This document shows positions 29,801 to 40,140 of a DNA stretch of 64,000 nucleotides, piece after piece. Both the position numbers and the translations under genes were made by a program. The notes under the pieces were generated by a model. The model was not told where the DNA came from. It saw only the letters and a list, made by a program, of their open reading frames with translations, and made no database searches. This DNA comes from an uncultured Flavobacteriales bacterium. Its GTDB lineage: Bacteria; Bacteroidota; Bacteroidia; Flavobacteriales; BACL11. Every line of letters begins with the position of its first letter. Position 1 is the stretch's first letter. The stretch lies in NCBI GenBank assembly GCA_905478765.1, contig CAJQJY010000009.1, positions 298 through 64,297 of the forward strand, given 5' to 3'.

Positions 29801-30656
29801 TAATTTCATTAATATGAGACTTCTCAATAATAGTGTCTCTCTCAAGAATTACTTCATTTCTTTCAATTGGTACTAATTCACCAGTATCTTCATCAACAAA
29901 ATCATCAACCCATGACTTAAGAACTCTTGCAGCAAATTTTCTACCAACAACTTTCTTTAATCCACTTTTAGATACTTTAACTTCATCAGCCAAATTAAAA
30001 ATAGATAAAATATCTCTGTCAGATTCATATCCGATAGCTCTTAATAAAGTTGTAACAGGTAATTTTTTCTTTCTATCAATATAAGCATATAATACATTAT
30101 TGATATCAGTAGTAAATTCAATCCAAGAACCTTTAAAAGGAATTACTCTTGCTGAATACAACTTTGTACCATTTGAATGAAAACTTTGTCCAAAGAAAAC
30201 ACCAGGAGATCTATGCAATTGAGAAACAACAATTCTTTCAGCACCATTTACCACAAAACTACCTTTTGGTGTCATAAATGGAATATTTCCAAAATATACA
30301 TCTTGTACAATTGTTTCAAAATCTTCATGATCCGCATCTGTACAATATAATTTTAACTTAACTTTTAAAGGTACTTTAAATGTAAGCCCTCTACTAATAC
30401 ATTCATCAATAGAATATCTTGGAGGGTCAATCGTATAATCAATAAATTCTAAAACAAAATTATTTCTCGAATCTGTAATAGGAAAAAGCTCTTCGAAAGC
30501 TTTATATAAACCTTCATTTCTTCTTTCATCTAAGGTAGTTCCAATCTGAAAAAAAGATTGAAAACTTTTAAGTTGAACATCTAAAAAATCAGGGAAATTA
30601 ACCGTATTTTTAATTGATGCAAAATTAATTCTTTGGGTGTTATTTTTTGTAGCCAA
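26847..30656 (-). CDS. rpoB: DNA-directed RNA polymerase subunit beta
   Basis: 1269 aa with typical RpoB blocks ([34 protein letters not shown]). Confidence 0.98.
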   Translation of the reverse strand: MATKNNTQRINFASIKNTVNFPDFLDVQLKSFQSFFQIGTTLDERRNEGLYKAFEELFPITDSRNNFVLEFIDYTIDPPRYSIDECISRGLTFKVPLKVKLKLYCTDADHEDFETIVQDVYFGNIPFMTPKGSFVVNGAERIVVSQLHRSPGVFFGQSFHSNGTKLYSARVIPFKGSWIEFTTDINNVLYAYIDRKKKLPVTTLLRAIGYESDRDILSIFNLADEVKVSKSGLKKVVGRKFAARVLKSWVDDFVDEDTGELVPIERNEVILERDTIIEKSHINEIIDSGVETILLHKEDGSASDHALIYNTLQKDPTNSEVEAVRHIYRQLRSAEAPDDDTARGIIDKLFFSDQRYSLGHVGRFRINSRLKLDIPIDKMVLTNEDIVSIISNLISLTNSKVDVDDIDHLSNRRIRTVGEQLSNQFNVGLSRMARTIRERMNVRDNEVFTPIDLINAKTLSAVINSFFGTSQLSQFMDQTNPLAEVTHKRRISALGPGGLTRERAGFEVRDVHYTHYGRLCPIETPEGPNIGLISSLAVFAKINKLGFIETPYRNVIEGKIDTTEAPVYKSAEQEIEQVIAQANAPLNKDGSFENDRIKSRSEADYLIADPSKVTLMDVAPNQIASIAASLIPFLEHDDANRALMGSNMMRQAVPLLRTDAPIVGTGLEPHVARDSRTMINAEGEGKVTYVDANTIKVKYTKTEEQELVSFDEAEKTYILTKFQKTNQRTCINIQPIVRVGDKVTKGQVLCDGYATENGELAIGRNLKVAFMPWKGYNFEDAIILSEKVVREDMFTSLHIAEHLVNVRETKRGVEELTADIPNISETATRDLDEHGMVRIGANVKHGDILIGKITPKGESDPTPEEKLLRAIFGEKAGDVKDASLKAKPSNAGVVIGKSLFSRTIKDRRTKTSDKEQLEQLDVTFEKEAHALKNILAGKLYQIIGGKAAKGVKNILGEEVISKSEKFTKKMLLGVDFTLVDPYNWTGNKDNNILVNTTIENYIRKYNDIYGEHRRKRFAITIGDELPNGVLQLAKVQIAQKRKVKVGDKLAGRHGNKGIVSRIVKDEDMPFLEDGTPVDIILNPLGVPSRMNLGQIYETILGWAGQELGKKYFTPVFDGASIDQINNETDEAGVPRLGQTYLYDGGTGERFAQTATVGIIYMLKLGHLIDDKMHARSIGPYSLITQQPLGGKAQFGGQRLGEMEVWALEGYGAANILQEMLTLKSDDVVGRAKAFEAIVKGKDLPTPGIPESFNVLLHELNGLGLKVSFE

Positions 30657-30691
30657 TGCTTTTAGTTTTAGTTATAAAAAAGGGGTTCTAT

Positions 30692-30739
30692 AAAAAAACG
30701 AAAGGGTTTAAACCTTATGTCACCACAAGATTTAAACCT
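30692..30739 (-). terminator. Hairpin plus T-run between rplL and rpoB (likely attenuator / partial terminator)
   Basis: GGTTTAAA (30705..30712) pairs with TTTAAACC (30731..30738). On the minus strand it is followed by cTTTcgTTTTTTT. Confidence 0.45.
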
Positions 30740-30758
30740 TTTAAATGTTTAAAGAAAA

Positions 30759-31136
30759 TTACTTTAGCTCTACTTCAGCTCCTGCTTCTTCTAAAGCTTT
30801 AAGAATTCCTTCAGCTTCATCTTTACTAACTCCTTCTTTTACTGCTTTAGGTGCTGAGTCAACAATATCTTTTGCTTCTTTAAGCCCTAAACCTGTTAAT
30901 TCCTTAACAGCTTTTACAACTTTTAATTTTGCAGCTCCTGCTGCTTTCAAGATAACATCAAATTCTGATTGTTCTTCACCTGCATCAGCACCACCTGCTG
31001 CCGCTGCTGGTCCTGCTACAGCTACTGCTGCAGCTGGCTCAATTCCATACTCATCTTTAAGAATAGTAGCTAATTCGTTTACATCTTTTACAGTTAAGTT
31101 AACTAACTCTTCTGCAAGTTTTTTTACGTCTGCCAT
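30759..31136 (-). CDS. rplL: 50S ribosomal protein L7/L12
   Basis: 125 aa with an Ala-rich hinge and the C-terminal domain [21 protein letters not shown]. Confidence 0.97.
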   Translation of the reverse strand: MADVKKLAEELVNLTVKDVNELATILKDEYGIEPAAAVAVAGPAAAAGGADAGEEQSEFDVILKAAGAAKLKVVKAVKELTGLGLKEAKDIVDSAPKAVKEGVSKDEAEGILKALEEAGAEVELK

Positions 31137-31189
31137 TTTATTTGTTTTTAATTTATTTATTTATTTTAAATGTTGGAAGCATTTCTTTT

Positions 31190-31711
31190 TTAGTTTGCTC
31201 TTTCTTCTAAAGCCTTTACAATTCCAGATAATTTGTTTCCTCCTGATTGTAATGAAGAGATCACATTCTTAGCTGGGGATTGTAACAATGTAATGATATC
31301 ACCAATAAGCTCATCTTTAGATTTAAGATCCGCTAGAGCTGAGAGATTTTCATCACCAAAATAAAGAGACTCCTCAATATGAGCAGCTTTTAAAATTGGC
31401 TTATCATTTTTCTTTCTAAATTCTTTAATCACCTTTGCTGGAGCGTTACCAGATTCAGCTTGCAGAATAGAAGTATTCCCAACTAATACATCATACAATT
31501 CACTAAAATCAGCATTATTTTTCTCTAAAGCTTTCTTTAAAAGTGTATTCTTTACAACTTGTAATGAAACATCTCTCTTAAAACATAATCTTCTTAAAGC
31601 ACTATTTTCTTCAGCAGTTAAGCCAGAGATATCAGCTAAATAAAAGTTATTATTATCATTAAGCATCCCGTCAAGGGCCTCAATCATTTGATTTTTTTCT
31701 TGTTTATTCAT
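31190..31711 (-). CDS. rplJ: 50S ribosomal protein L10
   Basis: 173 aa, positioned between rplA and rplL. L10-like sequence. Confidence 0.93.
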   Translation of the reverse strand: MNKQEKNQMIEALDGMLNDNNNFYLADISGLTAEENSALRRLCFKRDVSLQVVKNTLLKKALEKNNADFSELYDVLVGNTSILQAESGNAPAKVIKEFRKKNDKPILKAAHIEESLYFGDENLSALADLKSKDELIGDIITLLQSPAKNVISSLQSGGNKLSGIVKALEERAN

Positions 31712-31732
31712 TTTTTGCTATTCTAAAATTTA

Positions 31733-32422
31733 TTAAACTAATGAGTTAGCATCAATTTCAATACCTAATCCCATTGTGCTTGACATATAAACACTCTTAA
31801 CATAAGTACCTTTAGCTGCTGATGGCTTTAACTTGATAATAGTTTGTAATAACTCGTTAGCATTTTCTGAAATCTTCTGAGCATCAAAAGAAACCTTAGC
31901 AACTGAAGCGTGAATTATTCCATTCTTTTCAACTTTAAAATCAATTTTCCCTTTTTTAACATCAGCTACTGCTTTAGCTACATCCATAGTTACAGTACCA
32001 GATTTTGGATTTGGCATCAAACCTCTTGGCCCTAACACTCTACCTAAGGCACCAATTTTACCCATAATTGAAGGCATAGTTACAATAACATCTATATCAG
32101 TCCAACCACCTTTAATCTTTTCGATATAATCATCTAACCCAACATAATCAGCACCAGCTTCTTTTGCTTCTGCTTCTTTATCAGCAGATACTAAAGCCAA
32201 AACTTTTAAAGTTTTACCAGTACCATGAGGTAAAGATGCCACCCCTCTTACCATTTGATTTGCTTGTCTAGGATCAACACCTAATCTTACAGCTAAATCA
32301 ATAGTAGCGTCAAATTTTACTTTTGAATTTTCTTTTACAATTGCTGATGCTTCATCTAAATTATATGATTTATTTAAATCAATATTTTCTAAAACACCTT
32401 TTCTGTTTTTACTAATTGCCAT
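31733..32422 (-). CDS. rplA: 50S ribosomal protein L1
   Basis: 229 aa. [27 protein letters not shown]. Confidence 0.96.
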   Translation of the reverse strand: MAISKNRKGVLENIDLNKSYNLDEASAIVKENSKVKFDATIDLAVRLGVDPRQANQMVRGVASLPHGTGKTLKVLALVSADKEAEAKEAGADYVGLDDYIEKIKGGWTDIDVIVTMPSIMGKIGALGRVLGPRGLMPNPKSGTVTMDVAKAVADVKKGKIDFKVEKNGIIHASVAKVSFDAQKISENANELLQTIIKLKPSAAKGTYVKSVYMSSTMGLGIEIDANSLV

Positions 32423-32442
32423 CAGTTCAATTATTTATTTAA

Positions 32443-32880
32443 TTATGAAGGAAAATTTCCTTTAACATTTACACCCATACTTCTTGCAGTACCAGCTACC
32501 ATCTTCATTGCAGATTCAATTTTAAAAGCATTTAAATCTGCCATTTTATCTTCTGCAATATCTTTTACTTGATCCCAAGTAATAGTTGCAACTTTAACTC
32601 TATTTGGCTCACCTGATCCACTTTTCTTTTTAGCAGCAGCTAAAATTTGTGCAGCAGCTGGTGCAGTTTTAATGATAAATTCAAATGATTTATCAGCAAA
32701 AACAGTAATTACTACAGGAACAATACTTCCTGCTTTTTCCTGAGTTCTTGCATTAAACTGCTTACAGAATTCCATAATATTAACTCCTTTTGCTCCAAGT
32801 GCTGGACCAACTGGTGGTGCAGGGTTTGCTGCTCCTCCTCTAATTTGTAACTTAATAAGTCCTGAAATTTCTTTTGCCAT
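32443..32880 (-). CDS. rplK: 50S ribosomal protein L11
   Basis: 145 aa. [29 protein letters not shown]. Confidence 0.97.
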   Translation of the reverse strand: MAKEISGLIKLQIRGGAANPAPPVGPALGAKGVNIMEFCKQFNARTQEKAGSIVPVVITVFADKSFEFIIKTAPAAAQILAAAKKKSGSGEPNRVKVATITWDQVKDIAEDKMADLNAFKIESAMKMVAGTARSMGVNVKGNFPS

Positions 32881-32890
32881 TTCTTTATCT

Positions 32891-33445
32891 TTATAATTTT
32901 TCTACTTGCATAAAGTTTAATTCTAAAGGAGTTTTTCTCCCAAAGATTTTCACCATTAATTGTAACTTCTTCTTATTTTCATCAATACCTTCAATCTCGG
33001 CATTAAAACTATTAAAAGGTCCATCAATTACTTTTACTGTTTCACCAACAATAAAAGGAATACTAACATGTTCATCAGTTAAAGCCATTTCATCTACCTT
33101 ACCTAATATTCTATTAATCTCACTCTTTCTCATAGGTACAGGAACACCTCCTTTTGTCGCTCCTAAAAATCCAAGAACATTAGTAACATTCTTTAAAATG
33201 TGGGGAACCTCACCAACTAAATTAGCTTCAACCAAAACATATCCAGGAAAGAAATTTCTTTCTTTACTAACCTTTTTACCATTCCTAATCTGATAAACCT
33301 TTTCAGTAGGAACAAGTATTTGAGAAACAAAATCTTGCATCCCAAGTCTATCAATCTCCTTCTCAATAAAAGCAACGGTTTTTCTTTCTTTGCCACCCAT
33401 TACTCTTAATACATACCAGCTCATATTTTCAACCTCTTGTTCCAT
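32891..33445 (-). CDS. nusG: Transcription termination/antitermination factor NusG
   Basis: 184 aa. [14 protein letters not shown] domain and KOW motif [11 protein letters not shown]. The start could instead be the internal Met at 33424. Confidence 0.93.
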   Translation of the reverse strand: MEQEVENMSWYVLRVMGGKERKTVAFIEKEIDRLGMQDFVSQILVPTEKVYQIRNGKKVSKERNFFPGYVLVEANLVGEVPHILKNVTNVLGFLGATKGGVPVPMRKSEINRILGKVDEMALTDEHVSIPFIVGETVKVIDGPFNSFNAEIEGIDENKKKLQLMVKIFGRKTPLELNFMQVEKL

Positions 33446-33453
33446 AATATATA

Positions 33454-33648
33454 TTAAGCGAATAAACTATAAAATACATCCATAATATTACTGAATGTTT
33501 GATCCATTAAGTAAATTATTAATGCAATAATTGCAGATGCAATAGCAACAACAATAGAACTACTTTGTAATTCTGACCATTTTGGCCAACTTACTTTATT
33601 AATTAACTCATCATATGAGCTTTTAATGTATGATTCTTTCTTTGCCAT
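33454..33648 (-). CDS. secE: Preprotein translocase subunit SecE
   Basis: 64 aa from MAKKESYIKSSYDELINKVSWPKWSEL plus one TM helix. The track start at 33672 would overlap tRNA-Trp. Confidence 0.85.
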   Translation of the reverse strand: MAKKESYIKSSYDELINKVSWPKWSELQSSSIVVAIASAIIALIIYLMDQTFSNIMDVFYSLFA

Positions 33649-33669
33649 TTTATATCTTTTTTCCAATCG

Positions 33670-33742
33670 CACGGGTGGAGAGACTCGAACTCCCAGCCAA
33701 TAGTTTTGGAGACTACTACTCTACCAATTGAGCTACACCCGT
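33670..33742 (-). tRNA. tRNA-Trp (anticodon CCA)
   Basis: Hand-folded cloverleaf: acceptor ACGGGTG/CACCCGT, anticodon loop CTCCAAA, T-loop TTCGAGT. 73 nt, no encoded CCA. Confidence 0.9.
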
Positions 33743-33806
33743 TTACACAGTAAAGGAAGATTGAAAATCAACCTTCCTTAAACTGTCAAACTTTATGATT
33801 TAACTA

Positions 33807-34991
33807 CTAAAGTAATTTAGTAATCTGTCCAGCTCCAACAGTTCTACCACCCTCACGGATAGCAAATCTTAAACCTTCATTCATTGCAACTCCAGCGATT
33901 AACTCTACAGTAATTGTCAAGTTATCTCCAGGCATTACCATATCAGTTCCAGAAGGTAAGAAAATCTCACCAGTTACATCTGTTGTTCTGATGTAGAATT
34001 GTGGTCTGTATTTATTATGGAATGGAGTATGTCTACCACCTTCCTCTTTTTTCAAGATATAAACCTCCGCCTCAAACTTAGCGTGAGGAGCAACAGAACC
34101 TGGCTTACAAATAACCATTCCTCTTTTGATATCAGTTTTTTCAATACCTCTTAATAAAATACCAACATTATCACCAGCCTCACCTCTATCTAAGATTTTT
34201 CTAAACATCTCAACACCAGTAACAGTTGAAGATAATTTTTCAGCACCCATACCAATAATGTCAACAGAATCACCAGTATTTGCAACACCTGTCTCAATTC
34301 TACCAGTAGCAACAGTTCCTCTACCTGTAATTGTAAACACATCTTCAATTGGCATTAAAAACGGCTTAGCGTTATCTCTAACAGGCTCAGGAATCCAAGC
34401 ATCCACTGCATCCATTAATTCATTAATCTTTGGAGTCCACTCAGCATCACCATTCAATCCACCTAAAGCAGATCCAGCAATTACAGGTGTATTATCACCA
34501 TCATAATCATAAAATGATAATAATTCTCTAACTTCCATATCAACTAATTCCATTAATTCTTCATCATCAACCATATCAGCTTTGTTTAAGAATACCACAA
34601 TTGCAGGTACACCTACTTGTCTAGCTAATAAGATATGCTCTCTAGTTTGTGGCATAGGTCCGTCAGTTGCAGCACAAACTAAAATTGCACCATCCATCTG
34701 TGCAGCTCCAGTTACCATATTTTTTACGTAATCAGCGTGACCAGGACAATCTACGTGAGCATAATGTCTGTTCTCTGTTTCATATTCAACATGTGATGTA
34801 TTAATTGTAATCCCTCTTTCCTTTTCTTCTGGCGCATTATCAATCGTGTCAAAATCACGAACTTCAGCACCTCCTGCTTCGGCCAATACCTTAGTGATTG
34901 CAGCAGTCAAAGTAGTTTTCCCATGGTCAACATGACCAATTGTACCAATGTTCAAGTGTGGCTTGGTACGATTAAAATTTTCTTTTGCCAT
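33807..34991 (-). CDS. tuf: Elongation factor Tu
   Basis: 394 aa. [23 protein letters not shown]. Confidence 0.99.
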   Translation of the reverse strand: MAKENFNRTKPHLNIGTIGHVDHGKTTLTAAITKVLAEAGGAEVRDFDTIDNAPEEKERGITINTSHVEYETENRHYAHVDCPGHADYVKNMVTGAAQMDGAILVCAATDGPMPQTREHILLARQVGVPAIVVFLNKADMVDDEELMELVDMEVRELLSFYDYDGDNTPVIAGSALGGLNGDAEWTPKINELMDAVDAWIPEPVRDNAKPFLMPIEDVFTITGRGTVATGRIETGVANTGDSVDIIGMGAEKLSSTVTGVEMFRKILDRGEAGDNVGILLRGIEKTDIKRGMVICKPGSVAPHAKFEAEVYILKKEEGGRHTPFHNKYRPQFYIRTTDVTGEIFLPSGTDMVMPGDNLTITVELIAGVAMNEGLRFAIREGGRTVGAGQITKLL

Positions 34992-35073
34992 TTTTTGTTA
35001 ATTTTAGTTATTATTAATTTAGTTAAAATTCAAAACACAAAACTCCTCTAATTATAAAAATCCAGAAAAGTTG

Positions 35074-35146
35074 AGCGAGAGACCGGGCTCGAACCGGCGA
35101 CCCTCAGCTTGGAAGGCTGACGCTCTACCAACTGAGCTACTCTCGC
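35074..35146 (-). tRNA. tRNA-Gly (anticodon TCC)
   Basis: Acceptor GCGAGAG/CTCTCGC, anticodon stem TCAGC/GCTGA, loop CTTCCAA, discriminator U. 73 nt. Confidence 0.88.
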
Positions 35147-35165
35147 AATTTCATTAATTATTTTG

Positions 35166-35247
35166 TGGGGGGAACAGGATTCGAACCTGTGAAGGCTGAG
35201 CCAGCAGATTTACAGTCTGCCCTCGTTGACCGCTTGAGTATCCCCCC
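35166..35247 (-). tRNA. tRNA-Tyr (anticodon GTA), long variable arm
   Basis: Acceptor GGGGGGA/TCCCCCC, anticodon loop CTGTAAA, class II variable arm. 82 nt. Confidence 0.88.
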
Positions 35248-35254
35248 TTAAAAG

Positions 35255-35328
35255 AGCCGATAGAGGGACTCGAACCCACGACCTGCTGATTACAAATCAG
35301 CTGCTCTAGCCAGCTGAGCTATATCGGC
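35255..35328 (-). tRNA. tRNA-Thr (anticodon TGT)
   Basis: Acceptor GCCGATA/TATCGGC, anticodon stem GCTGA/TCAGC, loop TTTGTAA. One T-T mismatch in the T stem. 74 nt. Confidence 0.85.
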
Positions 35329-35373
35329 TTATATTAATGTATATTTAAAAGAACTGTCCCTTAAAATGGGCTG

Positions 35374-35403
35374 CAAATTTATTAAAGTTTTTAATACAGA
35401 CAA
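35374..35403 (-). promoter_or_regulatory. Putative promoter of the tRNA-tuf transcription unit (-33 TTG, 19-nt spacer, -7 TAAATTTG)
   Basis: Minus strand: TTG at 35403..35401, a 19-nt spacer, TAAATTTG at 35381..35374. About 45 nt upstream of tRNA-Thr. Confidence 0.4.
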
Positions 35404-35453
35404 TTAAAAAGAATACTTTTTTTAAAATTAATTTTGACAATATATTTTGAGTA

Positions 35454-35741
35454 CTATTTATCCTTGTGTTTAAGAATTTGTTTTCTGAGTGCATGAGAAA
35501 CTAAATCAGCAGATTCTTCAAATGAATTAGACTGCTTTTTAGCAAAAAAATCACCAGCAGCAGATTGAAGTTTTATTTCAACAATTTTATTGTCATAAGT
35601 GTCTGGTTTATCAACTTTTAAATAAACATCAGCAGAAATAATGGAATCATCAATAGAAATTAACTTATCTACCTTCTTGTTTATAAAATCTTTTAACTGC
35701 TGATCAGCAGCAAAATGGATAGCTTGGATCTGAATATTCAT
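35454..35741 (-). CDS. hpf: Ribosome hibernation promoting factor / RaiA (short form)
   Basis: 95 aa. MNIQIQAIHFAADQQLKDFINKKVDKL and conserved position next to the tRNA-tuf cluster. Confidence 0.85.
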   Translation of the reverse strand: MNIQIQAIHFAADQQLKDFINKKVDKLISIDDSIISADVYLKVDKPDTYDNKIVEIKLQSAAGDFFAKKQSNSFEESADLVSHALRKQILKHKDK

Positions 35742-35753
35742 AATTACATTATT

Positions 35754-36623
35754 TTACGCTCTTGGATGAGCTTGTTTATAAACTGTTTTTAATTTTTCAA
35801 TCGTATTGTGCGTATAAATCTGAGTTGCACTTAAATTAGCGTGACCCAACAGCTCTTTAATAGCATTAATATCTGCACCATTATTTAGCATATGAGTTGC
35901 AAATGTATGCCTTAAAATATGGGGGCTTTTTTTGTTCACACTACTAATCTTACCTATATATTTCTTAACAACTCGATAGACCAGTTTAGTATACACTTTA
36001 GTTCCGTCTAAATTAGTAAAAAGATAATTATTAAGATTGTATTTTTTCACAAAATTCTGAAGCTCATTTACAATATTGATTGACAAAGGTATAAGACGTT
36101 CTTTATTTCGTTTTCCTAAAACCTTAATCAAGCTATTACTAAAATTAATATCAAAAATCTTAATATTTATCAACTCTGAAAGTCGAATGCCAGTCACATA
36201 AAACAATTCGATAATTAATTTATCACGCTCACCAATAAAACCCTCATCAAAATCCACTTCATTTAATAAGTTCTCGATTTGATTTTCTTCAATAAACACT
36301 GGTAATCTTTTTTTCGATTTGGGAGCAACAATTTTTAACATTGGGCTTTCAGAAATTACCTTCTCCCTTATAAGAAATTTAAAATAAGTTTTGAGGCTAG
36401 ATATTTTACGATTAACTGACCTAGGAGTCATACCTTTTTCAAGCATAGAAGCAATCCAACTTCTTACAATTTGAAAACTAATATCAGAAATTTCATTAGA
36501 AATTTGATATTCCTCAGAAAGAAATATTAAAAATTGATCTAAATCAGTTGAATAAGAAATAATTGTATGCTCAGAAAATCTTTTTTCAGAGGATAGATAT
36601 GTAATGAATTTATTTTTGAACAT
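35754..36623 (-). CDS. Tyrosine recombinase XerC/XerD family
   Basis: 289 aa with an N-terminal SAM-like domain and catalytic residues in GIRLSEL, HILRHTFATHML, LGHANLSATQIYTH. Confidence 0.85.
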   Translation of the reverse strand: MFKNKFITYLSSEKRFSEHTIISYSTDLDQFLIFLSEEYQISNEISDISFQIVRSWIASMLEKGMTPRSVNRKISSLKTYFKFLIREKVISESPMLKIVAPKSKKRLPVFIEENQIENLLNEVDFDEGFIGERDKLIIELFYVTGIRLSELINIKIFDINFSNSLIKVLGKRNKERLIPLSINIVNELQNFVKKYNLNNYLFTNLDGTKVYTKLVYRVVKKYIGKISSVNKKSPHILRHTFATHMLNNGADINAIKELLGHANLSATQIYTHNTIEKLKTVYKQAHPRA

Positions 36624-36668
36624 AAAAAAACCTTTAAACTTGTAACGAAATTACAAATAAAAAGGTTT
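36624..36668 (-). terminator. Long imperfect hairpin plus T-run after rpsU, abutting the recombinase ATG
   Basis: Outer stem AAAACCTTT/AAAGGTTTT, inner stem TTGTAA/TTACAA, 5-nt loop. The T-run on the minus strand runs directly into ATG 36623. Confidence 0.45.
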
Positions 36669-36691
36669 TATAATAATTAAAAATTATTTTT

Positions 36692-36883
36692 TTATTCCAT
36701 ATCTCTAAGAAGCGCCTCAGAGTACGCAGCTTTTTGCATCTTAACTCGATTTCTTTCAGTAGGTTTTATATACTGCTTTCTAGCTCTTAGTTGTTTTAAA
36801 GTTCCTGTTTTTAAGAATTTTCTTTTGAAACGCTTAAGGGCTCTATCGATATTCTCTCCGTCTTTTACTGGTATTACTAACAT
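36692..36883 (-). CDS. rpsU: 30S ribosomal protein S21
   Basis: 63 aa. ENIDRALKRFKRKF...KQYIKPTERNR. Confidence 0.95.
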   Translation of the reverse strand: MLVIPVKDGENIDRALKRFKRKFLKTGTLKQLRARKQYIKPTERNRVKMQKAAYSEALLRDME

Positions 36884-36906
36884 ATTTCTTTTTTAAATTT
36901 GGGCAG

Positions 36907-36937
36907 CAAAAATATAAATATCTTTGCAATTAACAAG
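36907..36937 (-). promoter_or_regulatory. Putative rpsU promoter (-33 TTG, 19-nt spacer, -7 TATTTTTG)
   Basis: Minus strand reads cTTG ttaattgcaaagatattta TATTTTTG, 23 nt before ATG 36883. Confidence 0.4.
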
Positions 36938-36939
36938 CA

Positions 36940-38079
36940 TTATCCTATAATTTGTTTTGCAATTACTAACTTTTGTATTTCTGATGTACCCTCTCCAATA
37001 GTACACAGCTTAGCATCACGATAAAAACGTTCAACTGGAAAGTCCTTAGTATAGCCATACCCTCCTAGTACTTGCACGGCATCATTAGCAACTTTTACAG
37101 CTACTTCTGATGAATAATACTTTGCCATAGCCCCTTGTAAAGTCATACGCTCAACTTTATTCTTTTTATCAGCAGCACTATAAATTAGCAACTCTGAAGC
37201 TTCAATTTCAGTAGCCATATCTGCAAGTTTGAAAGCAATTGCTTGAAAATGGGCAATTGGCTTTCCAAATTGTTCACGTTCTTTAGCATATGCCTTAGCA
37301 GCAAAATAAGCTCCTTTTGCAATCCCTAAACTTAAGGCTCCAATAGAAATTCTACCACCATCTAATACCTTCATAGCTTGAACAAATCCACTACCAACAT
37401 TTCCTAATATATTTTCTTCTGGAACACGGCAATTATCAAAAACAAGCTCTGCTGTTTCAGAAGCTCGCATACCCAATTTATCTTCTTTCTTTCCAGAAGT
37501 AAATCCTGGAGTTCCTTTCTCTACAACAAAAGCTGTCATTCCACGAGAATCTCCTTTTTCACCCGTACGAACAATAACAACAGCCACATCACCTGAAATT
37601 GCATGTGTGATGAAGTTTTTAGCTCCATTCAATACCCACTCATCACCATCTTTTAGTGCAGTAGTTGACATACCTCCAGCATCCGAACCTGTATTATGCT
37701 CAGTTAACCCCCACGCTCCGATCCATTCAGCTGATGCTAATTTTGGCAGCCATTTCTTTTTTTGTTCCTCACTTCCAAATTGAAGAATATGGCCGGTACA
37801 TAATGAATTATGGGCAGCCATAGAAAGTCCAACAGAAGGATCTAGAATAGATAACTGCTCAATAGCGGTTACATATTCAGTATAAGAAAATCCTGATCCA
37901 CCATATTCAGTAGGAACTAAAACACCCATTAAACCAAGCTCACCTAATTTTTTAAATACTTGAACAGGAAAAGTTTGATTATCATCCCAATCACGTACAA
38001 AAGGAGTTATATTTTGTTTACCAAACTGCTGAATCATATCAGCAATCATTTTTTGGTTTTCGTTAATTGTAAAATCCAT
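36940..38079 (-). CDS. Acyl-CoA dehydrogenase (short/medium-chain type)
   Basis: 379 aa. GLTEHNTGSDAGG, YGYTKDFPVERFYRDAKLCTIGEGTSEIQ. Confidence 0.9.
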   Translation of the reverse strand: MDFTINENQKMIADMIQQFGKQNITPFVRDWDDNQTFPVQVFKKLGELGLMGVLVPTEYGGSGFSYTEYVTAIEQLSILDPSVGLSMAAHNSLCTGHILQFGSEEQKKKWLPKLASAEWIGAWGLTEHNTGSDAGGMSTTALKDGDEWVLNGAKNFITHAISGDVAVVIVRTGEKGDSRGMTAFVVEKGTPGFTSGKKEDKLGMRASETAELVFDNCRVPEENILGNVGSGFVQAMKVLDGGRISIGALSLGIAKGAYFAAKAYAKEREQFGKPIAHFQAIAFKLADMATEIEASELLIYSAADKKNKVERMTLQGAMAKYYSSEVAVKVANDAVQVLGGYGYTKDFPVERFYRDAKLCTIGEGTSEIQKLVIAKQIIG

Positions 38080-38607
38080 CTAATATCTTTTTAAACTTAT
38101 TATTTCTTTTGAATATTTTTCTAATTTCTCACTCCCATTTAGATAATCTAAACTAATTACAAAAGTTAAAGCAGCGACATTAGCTCCTAACTTTTGAATA
38201 AGTTCTGAAGCAGCGCAAGCAGTACCTCCAGTGGCTAAAAGATCATCATGCACCACAATATTCCAGCCTTTTTTAATATCTGATTTATGCACTTCAACTT
38301 CTGCAGATGCATATTCCAAATCGTACTTGTATTTTAAAGTTTCACCAGGAAGTTTACCAACCTTTCTTATTGGAATAAAAGGAATTTTCATTTTATTAGC
38401 AAGTAAAAAACCAAATAAAAAACCTCTACTTTCTACTCCAACAATAGCATCAATCTTTTTTCCTTTTAAACGCTTAATAAAAGCATCAATAATTTCATCA
38501 GATAAAAGGGGATCTAATAAAAGGGTAGTTATATCCTTAAAATTAATACCTGGTTTTGGAAAATCAGGAACTTCCCTGATAGCTGTGTCTATCTTTTGAC
38601 TAATCAT
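38080..38607 (-). CDS. apt: Adenine phosphoribosyltransferase
   Basis: 175 aa. FPKPGINFKDITTLL and PRPP motif VVHDDLLATGGT. Confidence 0.92.
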   Translation of the reverse strand: MISQKIDTAIREVPDFPKPGINFKDITTLLLDPLLSDEIIDAFIKRLKGKKIDAIVGVESRGFLFGFLLANKMKIPFIPIRKVGKLPGETLKYKYDLEYASAEVEVHKSDIKKGWNIVVHDDLLATGGTACAASELIQKLGANVAALTFVISLDYLNGSEKLEKYSKEIISLKRY

Positions 38608-38624
38608 GATTATATATTGCTGGT

Positions 38625-40133
38625 CTATTTAAATCTCATAATAACACCGGACTTCAATCTACTGTAATAATCATCTAAATCAACTCTAACCTCTTTTGAT
38701 AAAATAAGTAACCCAATAATATTTGGAAAGGCCATTGCTAGTATCATCATGTCAGAAAAATCAAGTACCGCTCCTAATTTTACGGAAGAACCTATCACAA
38801 TAAAAATAAGGAATAATAACTTATAAGAATATTCCGATACTTTACTTTTTCCAAATAGAAATGTCCAAGCTTTAAGCCCGTAATAGGACCAAGAAATCAT
38901 AGTAGAGAAAGCAAATAAGAAAATAGCAACTACCAATAAATAAGGGAACCATGTGAACACTGATCCAAAAGCTTGAGAAGTCATTTGAGCACCCTCCACT
39001 CCTTGTATATCATGGTAACCTGTAATAATAAGCACTAAAGCTGTCATAGTACAAATTACAACAGTATCAATGAAAGGTTCCAATAAAGCAACTATTCCTT
39101 CAGATACGGGCTCATTTGTTTTGGCTGCAGCATGTGCAATAGAAGCAGAACCAACACCCGCTTCATTTGAAAAGGCTGCTCTTCTAAATCCTTGAATAAG
39201 CACTCCTACTATACCACCTAAACCAGCAGCTGGAGCAAAAGCACCTTTAAATATTAAAGCAAAAACATTCCCAATTTCAGTAATGTTAAGTAATATAATA
39301 ATTAGTGCAGTACCCACATATAATGCAGCCATAAAGGGTACTATTTTCTCTGTAACATTAGCAATTGATTTTATACCTCCAATAATAACTGTACCAACTA
39401 AGATAGCTAAGATTAAACCAAACATTGGACCATTACCATCTAATGCTGGAAACTGGCCAGCTAACTGTGCATAAGCCTGATTGGCTTGGAACATATTTCC
39501 TCCACCAAAAGAACCCCCTATACAAAGTATTGCAAATAAAACTGCCAATACTTTACCAAATCCTGCCATGTTGTATTTAGCTAATCCATCACGCAAATAA
39601 TACATAGGGCCTCCTGATACTTCTCCATTTTCATCTAGTTTACGGTACTTTACACCCAAAGTACATTCTACAAATTTAGCTGACATTCCAAGCAGTCCAG
39701 CTACTATCATCCAGAAAGTTGCCCCAGGACCACCAATAGAAATTGCTATGGCCACACCTGCTATATTTCCTAAACCTACAGTTGCTGAAAGAGCTGTTGT
39801 TAGCGCTTGGAAATGAGAAACCTCTCCTTTATCATTTGGATCATCATAATTTCCTTTTACTAAACCTATAGCATGTTTAAATCCTCTAAAGTTTATAAAG
39901 TTCATTCTAAAAGTAAAATAAACTGCACCAAAGACTAACCATACCACTACAATAGGAACACTAGCACCTACATCAAAGCCCATTGCTTTTATAGGATCCC
40001 AAAAAATAACAGGAACCAAATAGTTATCTACTATTGGCTTAAAAAAGCCATCAATTGTTTCGCTTAATGTAGCTGCTTTTGCTGAGATAGCTGAAATAAG
40101 CATTAGAATAAAAAGTGATAATTTGTTTTTCAT
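38625..40133 (-). CDS. Sodium:alanine (alanine/glycine:cation) symporter family protein
   Basis: 502-aa polytopic protein. AGCS signature region [26 protein letters not shown]. Confidence 0.88.
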   Translation of the reverse strand: MKNKLSLFILMLISAISAKAATLSETIDGFFKPIVDNYLVPVIFWDPIKAMGFDVGASVPIVVVWLVFGAVYFTFRMNFINFRGFKHAIGLVKGNYDDPNDKGEVSHFQALTTALSATVGLGNIAGVAIAISIGGPGATFWMIVAGLLGMSAKFVECTLGVKYRKLDENGEVSGGPMYYLRDGLAKYNMAGFGKVLAVLFAILCIGGSFGGGNMFQANQAYAQLAGQFPALDGNGPMFGLILAILVGTVIIGGIKSIANVTEKIVPFMAALYVGTALIIILLNITEIGNVFALIFKGAFAPAAGLGGIVGVLIQGFRRAAFSNEAGVGSASIAHAAAKTNEPVSEGIVALLEPFIDTVVICTMTALVLIITGYHDIQGVEGAQMTSQAFGSVFTWFPYLLVVAIFLFAFSTMISWSYYGLKAWTFLFGKSKVSEYSYKLLFLIFIVIGSSVKLGAVLDFSDMMILAMAFPNIIGLLILSKEVRVDLDDYYSRLKSGVIMRFK

Positions 40134-40140
40134 TGTTAAT

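Noticed and set aside
30745-31272. 175-aa Ala/Ser/Thr-rich plus-strand ORF
   Set aside because: It is antisense to rplL and the end of rplJ. It reflects the GCN-rich codons of L7/L12 read backwards. The ribosomal genes are unambiguous.
33743-35073. Hairpin AAGGAAG...CTTCCTT (33753..33779) between tuf and tRNA-Trp, and absence of a second tRNA-Thr between tRNA-Gly and tuf
   Set aside because: The hairpin lacks a U-tract and is probably a processing or stability element. The 82-nt tuf upstream region contains no tRNA-like sequence. Both are ordinary variation of the thr-tyr-gly-tuf cluster.
35754-36623. Tyrosine recombinase as a marker of an integrated mobile element next to tRNA genes
   Set aside because: There are no flanking direct repeats, no cargo genes and no compositional shift. 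The neighbours are core translation genes in an arrangement I recall as conserved in Bacteroidota. I treat it as a chromosomal Xer-like gene.
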